Assembly (NCBI RefSeq): GCF_964213995.1
Contig: NC_135816.1
Span: 61,442,001 to 61,506,000, forward strand
Direction: 5' to 3'
DNA: 64,000 nt
Source of the DNA: Mustelus asterias
Lineage: Eukaryota
Below the pieces are notes generated by a model. That model saw only the letters and a list, made by a program, of their open reading frames with translations. It had not been told where the DNA came from and did not search any database. The position numbers and the translations under genes were made by a program. Below, piece after piece: positions 49,059-60,478 of this stretch; the first letter of the stretch is position 1; every line of letters starts with the position of its first letter.

Positions 49059-50859
49059 AAAGCTGTTTTAATCCCCTGAGTTGGAAATGTATAAATAAAT
49101 TAACTTCTGATTTAATCCTAAATGTGAAAGTTACTTTAAAAGTCACTACACAAACCAAGGTTTATTGGAATAAGCATTACAGTCTACTTTAAAACAAAAA
49201 ACACCTCTGCTTATGGACAGATGGCGAGAGAGCACAAAGAAGTTCTGTTTTACCTTTCCTGTCCACAAAGCATGATTTCAATTTTGGTGTGTCTTTGTCC
49301 CACATCAAACTCCAGGGTGTATTTTGTGAGTTCAAACTCCTAGCATCCACTGAAGATGCTGAATCCTTGAAAATGCGCCTAGCTGATCTAGTGCATACAT
49401 ATTGCAGGATTCTGAATGACTTGGCCAATTTCCACATGCAAATCGAATGACTGGTAGCATTGCAAGGCATCGAGGACACCCCAGACGTACATATCTGTAA
49501 ACCCAACAATGGGACTGGAAAAATTACCCTTGACTCGTGTGATTATATAAAAAAAGTTTCAACAACGTGTCGTTTTTCAGAAAAAATAGGATTTAATTCT
49601 TAAATTAACTAATATATGTTAAAATTTCACAACCAGTTGGCTGGAATTCTCTGGTCGATCGTGCCCTGCTGCCGCTGCCACAGAGGATGGGGAATGTGGT
49701 GCTCAGCCAAGTTTCTGTTCACTGCAGCAGCATGGGAGAATCCCACTGACATGTGAATCCTGCCCATTATCTTTGAATGAATCAATAGAAACTAAAGACA
49801 TATGGGATAGCGCATTTTGCATTTACCATTGAAGTGAACTTCTGAAGTGGCTACACAATCGTTGGCTCAAGTTCCCAGATTTAAAATACACTGGGAGCTG
49901 TAAAGTTAAACATCTTCCATTAAAAGCTTGAAGAGATCTTTCCCATGTCCATTCTAAATGCGCAGAGCAGTGTTTTTCAATGGCACTTTATGCTGCTGCG
50001 GGTTGTGGAATATTACAGCATATTGTCCTCCGCTTGATAATGCTCTGGTTCAAACAGATCAAGGATGGGTCTGGGTTGCAGGAAGGTCGCAGAAGACTGA
50101 GGAAACAACATCACATAGTTTGCTTGGTTTTTGCAGGATTAGTGTGCATAGTCGTACACCGGAAAAAGTCCCAATCCTTTCAGAACAAAGTTAGTGTTTC
50201 TGTCATGACAATATTTCCTTTGCTGGATAGTTACCTAAAAACCAGAAACAAGAATATGAAACAACTCAATCACTGGTTGAACTGTACAATATGATAGAGC
50301 TTAGTAAAACAGGTTTTGGAAAGTACATTTATTTTTGTGTGAATTGAACATACAGAAGAGCAGGAAACACATTACATAGGAGCAGAAGTGGACCATATGG
50401 ATTCGCAAAAATCTAACTCAGCCTTAAATATGATACATAGAGCAATCACAACTCTCTGGAGTAGAGGATTCCAAAGATTCACAACCCCCTGAGTGAGGAA
50501 ATTGTTCCTTATCCCAGTCCTAAACAATCATTCTTTATCCTGAAGCTCTGCCCACCGTACTCCACCCCACCCCACAATCGACACACTACCACGTGTATTA
50601 GATTCTCCAACCAATAGAAACTATTTATCCATGTCTACTCTATCAAGCCCCTTCAGAATCTTGTACTTATCCAATCTCTCATTATTCTAACTCCAGTTCA
50701 TTCACCTTATCATAAGACAACCCTCCCATCCCAGAGACTAATCTTGTGAATTTTTGCTCTACTGATTCCGTGTCTGTATATCCTTCTCGTACTTGAATTT
50801 TATTTAAACTTCATTTCGCCAGATGAGTCAATTGAGAGCCATTTTCTCATTAATAACAA

Positions 50860-53777
50860 TAAGAAGTCTCACAACACCGGGTTAAAGTTCAACAGGTTTA
50901 TTTGGTATCATGAGCTTTTGGAGTGCTGCTCCTTCTTCAGGTGAGTGAAGAGGTAGGTTTTACAAACACAGCATATATAGACAAAGACTCCATTGCAAGA
51001 TAATGGTTGGAATGTGAGTCTATACAGGTAATCAAGTCTTTACAGATATAGACAACGCGAGTGGAGAGAGGTTTAATTACAGGCTAAAGAGCTGTGAATT
51101 GTCTCAAGCCAGAACAGTTAGGAGGACTTTGCAAGCCTAGGCCAAATGGTGTGTGTTACTCGTAATGTGACATGATCCCAAGATCCCGGTTGAGGCCGTC
51201 CTCATGCGTGTGGAACTTGGCTATCAGTTTCTGCTCGGCGATCCTGTGTTGTCGGTGTCTTGAAGGCTGCCTTGGAGAACGCTTACCCGAAGATCAGAGG
51301 CTGAATGCCCTTGACTGCTGAAGTGCTCCCTGACAGGAAGGGAACACTCCTGCCTGGTGATTGTCGAGCAGTGTCCATTCATCCATTGTCGTAGCGTCTG
51401 CATTGTCTCGCCGATTCACCATGCCTCGGGACATCCTTTCCTGCAGCGTATCTTGTAGACAACATTGGCTAAGTCGCATGAGTATGTACCATGTACTTGG
51501 TGGGCGGTGTTCTCAGTGTGATGGTGGTATCCATGTCAATAATCCAGCACGTCTTGCAGAGGTTGCTGTGGCAGGGTTGTGGGTGTCATGGTCGCTGTTC
51601 TCCTGAAGGCTGGGTAGCTTGCTGTGAACAGTGGTCTGTTTGAGGTTGTGCGGTAGTTTGAAGGCAAAAAGTGGGGGTGTGGGGATGGCCTTGGCGAGAT
51701 GTTCGTCTTCATCGATGACATGTTGAAGGCGCCGAAGAAGATGTTGTAGCTTCTCCGCTCCGGGGAAGTACTGGACAACGTACGGTACTCTGTCGGTCAT
51801 GTCCTGTGTTGTCTTCTGAGGAGATTGGTGCAGTTTGTCACTGTGGCGCGGCGGAACTATCGATCGATGAGTCGAGCACCATATCCTGTTCTTACAAGGG
51901 TGTCTTTCAGCATCTGTAGGTGTCTGTTGTGCTCCTCCTCATCTGAGCAGATCCTGCGTATATGGAAGGCTTGTCTGTAGGGGATAGCTTCTTTAATGCG
52001 TTTAGGGTGGAAGCTGGAGAATTGGAGCATTGTGAGGTTATCCATGGGCTTGCGGTACAGTGAGGTGCTGAGGTGACCATCCTTGATGGAGATGCGTGTG
52101 TCCAAGAATGCAACCGATTTTGGAGAGTAGTCCATGGTGAGTCTGATGGTGGGATGGAACTTGTTAATGTCATCATGTAGTTGTTTCAGTGATTCTTCGC
52201 CGTGAGTCCAAAGGAAGAAAATGTCATCGATGTATCTAGTGTATAGCATCGGTTGAAGGTCCTGTGCGGTGAAGTCTTGTTTGAACTTGTGCATGAAGAT
52301 GTTGGCATATTGAGGTGTGAATTTGGTCCCCATGGCTGTTCCGTGTGTCTGGTTGAAGAACTGGTTGTTGAAGGTGAAGACGTGATTCCTTTGGACTCAC
52401 CGCGAAGAAGCACTGAAACAACTATATGATGACATTAACAAGTTCCATCTCACCATCAGACTCACCATGGACTACTCTCCAGAATCGGTTACATTTTTGG
52501 ACACACGCATCTCCATCAAGGACAGTCACCTCAGCACTTCACTGGACCGCAAGCCCATGGATAACCTCACGATGCTCCACTTCTCCAGCTTCCACCCTAA
52601 ACACGTTAAAGAAGCCATCCCCTACAGACAAGCCCTCCGTATACACAGGATCTGCTGAGATGAGGAGGAACGCAACAGACACCTACAGATTCTGAAAGAC
52701 ACCCTCGTAAGAACAGGATATGGCGTTCGACTCATCGACCAACAGTTCCGCCGTGCCACAGGGAAAAACTGCACTGACCTCCTCATAAGACAAACACGAC
52801 CGACAGAGTACCCCTCGTCATCCAGTACTTCCCCGGAGCAGAGAAGCTACAATATCCTCTTCGGAGCCTTCAACATGTCATCGATGAAGACAAAAATCTC
52901 GCCAAGTCCATCCCCACATCCCCACTACTTGCCTTCAAACCACCACGCAACCTCAAACAGATCATTGTTCTCAGCAAACTACCCAGCCTTCAGGAGAACA
53001 GCGACCACGATACCACACAACCCTGCCACAGCAACCTCTGCAAGACGTGCCGGATCATCGACACGGATGCCATCATCACACGTGAGAACACCGCCCACCA
53101 GGTACACGGTACATACTCATGCGACTCGCCCAACGTTGTCTACCTCATACGCTGCAGGAAAGGATGTCCCGAGGCATGGTACATCGGCGAGACCGTGCAG
53201 ACGCTACGACAACGGATGAATGGACACCGCTTGACAATCACCAGGCAGGGGTGTTTTCTTCCTGTCGGGGAACACTTCAGCAGTCAAGGGCATTCAGCCT
53301 CTGATCTTCGGGTAAGTGTTCTCCAAGGCAGCCTTCAAGACGCACGACAACACCGAATCACCAAGCAGAAACAAATCGCCAAGTTCCACACACATGAGGA
53401 CAGCCTCAACCGGGATCTTGGGTTTTTGTCACAATACGTGTAACCCCACCCTTTGGCCTGGGCTTGCAAAATCCTATTAACTGCCCTGGCTTGAGACAAT
53501 TCACACCTCTTTAACCTGTAATTAAACCTCTTTCCACTTGCACTGTCTGTACCTGTAAAGACTTTATTACCTGTAAAGATTCGCATTCCAACCATTATCT
53601 TGCAATGGAGTCTTTGTCTATATATGCCGTGTTTGTGGAACGTACCTCTCCACTCACCTAATGAAGGAGCAGCGCTCCAAAAGCTCGTGATACCAAATAA
53701 ACCTGTTGGACTTTAACCTGGTGTTGTGAGACTTCTTACTGTGCCCACCCCAGCCCAATGCCGGCATCTCCACATCA
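50860..53777. mobile_element. Two head-to-head PLE 3' halves (inverted structure, junction ~52385)
   Basis: Minus-strand RT/GIY-YIG/pLTR at 50860-52385, plus-strand copy at 52386-53777; degenerate 12 bp TSD att(aat/tac)aacaat. Confidence 0.92.
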
Positions 53778-54789
53778 TTTACAACAATGACCTGTCCAAG
53801 ACACTAACGCCGCAGCAACATAAATTGCACAATGCAATTTATTAAAACACTAAAAACAATAAAATACAAATTAGCCATGAGAGTTAACACTTTAACGAAT
53901 AAATGTGCCAGTTGACAGAGCTTTAACCCTTCAACAAAATTGTCCATGGTAATAAAGTTAGATAGCTTCAGCTTTAGTTGTACCTTGTTCCAGTCATTGA
54001 CAGCCTCAAACTGAAATGAATTACAACCACTTTGTTGGAACAACCAATTTGATCAAGTCACATGACCTCAGATTAGAAGGCAAGTTAGTAAAATGTAACA
54101 AACTTTTCAGGTATTTTCCCTAGCAAGGTTTGATAAACGAACAGAAGCTAGTGGAGTTGGCACCTTGTGTGCAATTAGGGCCAGTTAATCAGGGAGTACA
54201 GGTCACAGTGATGAGCATGAAAAGGGAACCAACTATAAATTACAGAATCAAACAGGACCTCTAACTCATCAAGAGAGGTTTTGGAGGGCCATTTATTAAT
54301 TAGATCACCTTAATTAAAAATGAGCTGGACAGACATCTGAACTATGGTGCATCAAGTAGCATGAGTAAAACAGGATTTATTGTGATACTGAAAGCCAACT
54401 CTGGACATAATCTTAACTTGTAAAATATGGGAATTCAAAGTCAAAGCATGGTCCAGCCAGATTCAGAGATATTTGTAAGTGAAAACTTGCTTCAATTTGG
54501 TTTTAATCAAGTTCAAAGTCTGTTGTACATGAGCGTTAACAGTTTAACAAATAAAAGTGTCAATCGACAGAGCCTTAAAATAACCAATCCCCTATCCATG
54601 CTAATATATTACCCTGACTCCCCACTTTTGTTTTCTGTTATTCAGTTTTGTCCTCTATATTGTTGGAGTGTTGATCCTTTTCGTACTCGTCTTAGACAAT
54701 TTGACTTTCTGAATTAAGTTTGAAAGTGTTTTAGATGCATTTTGAATGCTGGGTGTTATACAGTTGTACGATTCTGCTAGCTGGCAAAG

Positions 54790-55240
54790 ATGACGTGGAG
54801 ATGCCGGCGTTGGACTGGGGTAAACACAGTAAGGAGTCTAACAACACCAGGTTAAAGTCCAACAGGTTTATTTGGTAGCAAACGCCACTAGCCTTCGGAG
54901 CACTGCTCCTTTGTCAGGTGAGTGGGAGATCTGCTCATAAACAGCAAACGGGGCATATAAAGACACAAACTCAATTTACAGAATAATGAATAATGATTGG
55001 AATGCGAGTCTTTACAGCTAATCAAGTCTTAAAGGTACAGAGAATGTGAGTGGAGAGAGCATTAGCACAGGTTAAAGAGATGTGTATTGTCTCCAGACAG
55101 GAGTCTTGTCTGGCCCCCCGCCCCCTCGCCCCCCCCCCCCCCCCCTTTCCGACCTGACAAAGGAGCAGTGCTCCGAAAGCTAGTGGCGTTTGCTACCAAA
55201 TAAACCTGTTGGACTTTAACCTGGTGTTGTTAGACTCTTT
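54790..55240. mobile_element. Inverted pLTR pair with internal polyC
   Basis: gctggcaaag 10 bp TSD. Confidence 0.9.
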
Positions 55241-55560
55241 GCTGGCAAAGGTGTCACGGACATAAGACAAAGGGGCTGTTAATGCTGCCATTAAGGACCG
55301 AAGAGTGTTAATAGTGGCAAATGTAAAATAGCAGAATGTGTAGTTAGGAAAACAGAGGTCAGAGTTCAGTGGAAGCAAAACTGAACAGCAAGGGACAATG
55401 TGGGGGAGGGGTTGGGTTGTGTTGGACAAGCCAGGGGAACTGAATAACATCTTTGTCAATTCCTCTTTAATTTTACATTTTTACATTCTGCCCCAACTCC
55501 CTATCCCAGTGTATAATTCATCATATTCCTTCCCTCTTATGTTCTGTAGAAGGGTCATAT

Positions 55561-56720
55561 GGGCCAGGATTCTCCCCCAAAAATTCTAAGTCCCCAATTT
55601 GCAGGAAAATTGGAGTAGATCCCACTGTTTTTTTTAGTGTGATTTCCAGAATGTATCTCTGACATTCTGTACATCTGTGGGAGGGGCCTATTACTGACCA
55701 AGAGGTGGGCAGCAAAGCGCTGAGCAGGCGCTGGTGCATACACCAATCTGTCAGAGCGGAGATCGGTGGCCACGCGTTGTCGACCTCTAGATCGCTGGCC
55801 TCCAATCACTGGCGAGCCTCACAACTCCCCATGGTTGGCCTTCCAACCACTCCCCCCCTCCTCCCCCCACCCAGATTGCCGGCCTACTGGACCTCCCCGG
55901 GCAAGCCCCAATTTCCCACCCGCATCTCGGCCAGCCCCGATCTCCCCGAACCCTTCCCAGCCAGCCCCGATCTCCCGATTCCCTCCTCCCCCCAGGGCAG
56001 TCCCGATCTCCCAATCCCAACCGCCCCAGACAGCCTGAACCCCATAACAGTCCCAACCCCGCCCCACCACCCCCCCCCAACCCCTGGCACCCTCTAACCC
56101 ACCCACCCCATACCCCCAACCCGCATGCCCAGCCCGATCACCTCCTCCCACTCGTACTAATGCATAGTGGCAGAGGCACCCCCCCCCCCCACCCCACCAA
56201 TCATCCCCCCAATAGTCCCTGCCCCCTCTGGCCTGACTCCCTTGACACTGCCCAATGCCTGGTGGCAGTGCCAAGGTGCCCCTTGGACATTGCTTGTTTG
56301 CCCCTTGGGCAGTGCCTGTTTGCCCCTTGGGCAGTACCAGGATGCCAGTTGGCACCGCTCAAGGGGCACCCCCCTAACCTCCAACCTCCTGGGTGGCCTC
56401 TCTTCCCTTGAGTGGGATCGGGGCACCTGTTCCCCGTTAGTGGGGAGCAGGAGAAAACAACTCCCAGCAGGGGTGGGGGGAGGGGAATGCTAGCAGGTCC
56501 GGAGACTTCAGTCCATGGCCCGCTAATGGAATGGAAATGCTGATTTCCATATTGTAATCAGCTCCACACTGATTTCCAGCGAGGAGCTGATCACGTTGGA
56601 AAATCTGGGAGACTTGCGGAGGCCGCGGCACCCAGCGGGAAGCCCGCGAAACGGCCTCCGCTGATGTCTGCCCGCCCGCTGCGCTGCTCAAGCAGCACAA
56701 TGAGCTGGGAGAATCACCCC
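55561..56720. mobile_element. Harbinger-like element (family 2)
   Basis: gggccaggattctccc ... gggagaatcacccc. Confidence 0.7.
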
Positions 56721-57534
56721 CATGGAATCAAAACATCAACTCTGTTTCTCTCTACACAGATGCTGCCAGACCTGCTGAGTTTCTCCAGCATTATCCGTTT
56801 TTATTTCAAATAATCCTATTTTATTTCCAAGATGACATTACCTACATGAAGAGTAAAAATACAGTAGATTGAGGAAACTATTTACCCAAATGATAGATCT
56901 CTGTTTAAGAGCCTGTATAATGTATAATGCAAAACGTTTCCACACGGGTGGTTTGAGTCTGGAATGCACTGCCTGGAAGTGTGGTGGAGACAGGTTCAAT
57001 TGAAGCATTCAAGACGGTGTTAGATGATGACTCGAATAGAAGAAGTGCGAAGGGGTACGGGGAAAAGACAGGAACTGCATTGAGCCATGATGCTCATTTG
57101 GCGAACTGGTATAGGCGCAATGGCCCAAACGGCTTCCTTTTGCACCGTAAGAATTTTGTAATTTACTAATTGGAAATTGGAATGTAATTGGACAAAGGGA
57201 ATGTAAATGGTGATGATAAAGGCTGACCGTCTATCAAGAGATCAGAATGTGTAAATGGCAGAACAAAGGTAGAGATTGCCAGGGGACAAACTGAGGTACA
57301 TGGCAGTTGGCTGGGGGGAGAGTTGGTGTTGGGAAGACAAGATTCAAAAGTTGTAAAATCAAAAAAAGAATATGAAGTAATGAAAATGGATGGATAAGAT
57401 GAAAAGAATAAATGAGTAATTACGGTTCCCCCTCCACCGCCATAGTATAAATCATGTCCTATTTTCTTTGTCTTTAGCTCTGATGAAAGGTCATCCAGAC
57501 TCGAAGCGTTGGTTCTATTCTCTCCCCACAGATG

Positions 57535-57752
57535 TTTTTTTTAATACTTTTCCAATTCAATCAAATCAAATCCAATTCAGAGTCTCAACAAGTTGAGACA
57601 TTTCAGATCCAGGCTGACAAGACAGGGCGAGTGACCAAACCACCCTGTCCTGGGCCTGATCTACATGAGCCAAGCTGATTGGAGAAGGGGGAGGTTCCTC
57701 CTCCAAGACTTGAGCTCATTTGCACCTTAGCCAAAAGGCCGAGATGCCGCTT
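57535..57752 (-). mobile_element. U2-snRNA-headed polyA retroposon (SINE-like)
   Basis: Reverse complement of 57726-57744 = TCTCGGCCTTTTGGCTAAG (U2 5' end); non-U2 structured body; A tail; splits a host repeat. Confidence 0.65.
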
Positions 57753-57948
57753 TGTTGTCAGACCTGCTGAGTTTTTCCAGCATTTTCTCTTCTTGTTTCC
57801 AAAGCAGGCTGTGCCAGTAACAGTTGACATGTCATATCTTACCTGCAGTTACCTGATGCAGTAAAGCATCTTGATTTCAGAGTCAAACCATCATACGTAA
57901 AAAAGTTGTTTTGAAGATTAAAGCTGATTATTAAATGGTGGCACTCAC

Positions 57949-58057
57949 ATTTCCATCGGCACAGGAGCACAGTGATTGCAATGAAGCAGATTAAAACTGA
58001 AACACGAAAAGCCAACAGAATTGGAGTCATCAGGCTGTGAGTGAGCTTTTCTGGTAT
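57949..58057 (-). CDS. Transmembrane exon of TIM-like gene C
   Basis: IPEKLTHSLMTPILLAFRVSVLICFIAITVLLCRWK, tatag acceptor, gtgagt donor. Confidence 0.7.
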
Positions 58058-58765
58058 CTATAACAGGGGAAACAGAAGCAGAGAACAGGAACTTTCTTTG
58101 CAATATCAAAACCAGTATCAAGTATATCCGTTCACAAATTTTAATTGACCATTGAACTTTACTTGGGGTCAATTTATCACCAAGCATCCAGAGTGTCATA
58201 TCATCCATGCAAATGGGATACAATGGAATCGATACCAAGTACTGCTCATGGTATGATTATCTGAAATTCATCAAATTCTGACATTCCTGTTTCACTTTTT
58301 GGCTTCTAAGGTCTCTCTGATCACAATTTTGTGTTTTACCAAGCCCTTTAGGCTAGATTATCAATAAATCCACCGCCGAAAGGCCAGCGTACCTTAACTC
58401 TGTCTCCGTTTCCTGGGTCAGGAATTAAGTATAAAATGGGGGTTCCCCAGGGCCATCACAAGTAGCAAAAGTAAGCTTGCCATTCATACAGGTGGTGTGG
58501 AGAATGGAGATGATGTTAAGGAGGAAATTGAGCTCCTTAAACTGGGTCAAAATTTTAAAAGGTGAGACATGAGGAGAGGGAAAGGTGTTCACCAATGCAA
58601 TCCCTCTATCCAAAAGGTAAATTGGGGCTTTCCACAACAGCCCCATTAACCAGCTTCATTCTTCCCATGTAATTAGGATCCGCAAAGGAAAGGAAATGAG
58701 AATGTTGATAAGGCCCCACCACCTGCCTTCATTTACCTAGCCGCAAGTCACAGGTCAGGACAACA

Positions 58766-59136
58766 ATTTTTTTTTATTCATTTGTGGGACATGAGCATTG
58801 CTGGCTGGCCAGCATTTATTGCCCATCCCTAGATACCCTTGAAGGGCAGTTGAGAGTCAATCACAAAGACATGTGGGTCTGGCGTCACATGTTGGCCAGG
58901 CCAGGTAAGGACAGCAGATTTCCTTCCCTAAAGAACATTAGTGAACCAGGTGGGTTTTCCGACAATTAACAATGATTTCATGGTTATCAGTAAGTTATTA
59001 ATTCCAGACATTTCTTTTCAATTGAATTCAAATTCCACCATTTGCCATGACAGGATTCGAACCTGGGTCCCCAGAACATGAGCTGAGTTTCTGGATTAAT
59101 AGTCCAGCGATAATACCACTAATACCATCGTCTCCC
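58766..59136 (-). mobile_element. SacSINE-like element
   Basis: Same family as 1-143. Confidence 0.75.
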
Positions 59137-59585
59137 TAGATGGAGTAAGGAGGAGGAAAATAGAAGTGAGAAAGCAATGTAGCAGCAGCTTCATCACCTG
59201 ATGTTGTCATGTCTTTCCACCACATTGGACAATGTAATGAAAGAAAATCCAACTCTGAGCCATTTATCTCTCAGTTCAGTCATGACGTTACACTTCAATT
59301 TCCCCATTGACACTTCCTGTTACTGAATTATCCTTCAACTTTGCTGTCCACAGGCTCCTATCCTCCCTAGAAAAGAGGATCCTCTGGTTCTCTAAACATT
59401 TGACATGTTGAATATTCGACACAACTTTTTCATCCAGGCACAAGCCTTCTGTTTCCCACCTCCACTTGCTATAACTGGGAAAACAGAGATTCTTGCATTA
59501 TCAAATCCATGGGTTGTTGAATTTGGTTAATTGTCACATGAGTGCCCTTGTTATTCAGTCTTTCTTTCCTGCCCCCTCCAACTAT

Positions 59586-60478
59586 GTAAGAGTTTTAACA
59601 ACACCAGGTTAAAGTCCAACAGGTTTATTTGGTAGCAAATTCCATTAGCTTTCGGAGCGCTGCTCCTTCGTCAGATGGAGTGGATATCTGCTCTCAAACA
59701 GGGCATACAGAGACACAAAATCAAGTTGCAGAATACTGATTAGAATGCGAATCTTTACAGCTAATCAAGTCTTAAAGATACAGACAATGTGACTGGAGGG
59801 AGCATTAGGCACAGGTTAAAGAAATGTGTATTGTCTCCAGACAGGACAGCAAGTGAGATTCTGCAAGTCCAGGAGGCAAGCTGTGGGGGTTACCGATAGT
59901 GTGACATGAACCCAAGATCCCGGCTTAGGCCATCCTCATGTGTGCGAAACTTGGCTATCAGTTTCTGCTCAGCGACTCTGCGCTGTCGTGTGTCGTGAAG
60001 GCCATCCTCATGTGTGCGAAACTTGGCTATCAGTTTCTGCTCAGCGACTCTGCGCTGTCGTGTGTCGTGAAGGCTTACCCGAAGATCAGAGGCTGAATGC
60101 CCATGACTGCTGAAGTGCTCCCCCACAGGAAGAGAACAGTCTTGCCTGGTGATTGTTGAGCAGTGATCATTCATCCGTTGTCGTAGCGTCTGCATGGTTT
60201 CCCTACTGTACCATGCTTCGGGACACCACATTGTCACATTGTCTGTATCTTTAAGACCTGATTAGCTGTAAAGATTCGCATTCTAATCAGTATTCTGTAA
60301 CTTGATTTTGTGTCTCTGTATGCCCTGTTTGAGAGCAGATATCCACTCCATCTGACGAAGGAGCAGCGCTCCGAAAGCTAATGGCATTTGCTACCAAATA
60401 AACCTGTTGGACTTTAACCTGGTGTTGTTAAAACTCTTACTGTGTTTACCCCAGTCCAACGCCGGCATCTCCACATCA
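59586..60478. mobile_element. Inverted PLE fragment pair with two intact-looking hammerhead motifs
   Basis: ccctccaactat TSD; CTGACGA..GAAAGCTA at ~60343-60385 (+) and ~59642-59683 (-). Confidence 0.92.

Noticed and set aside
57726-57744. Functional U2 snRNA gene
   Set aside because: Only the 5' ~20-35 nt resemble U2; the rest of U2 is absent
270-58300. Duplication as a haplotype mis-assembly
   Set aside because: The copies differ by many substitutions and numerous independent TE insertions, more than expected for alleles
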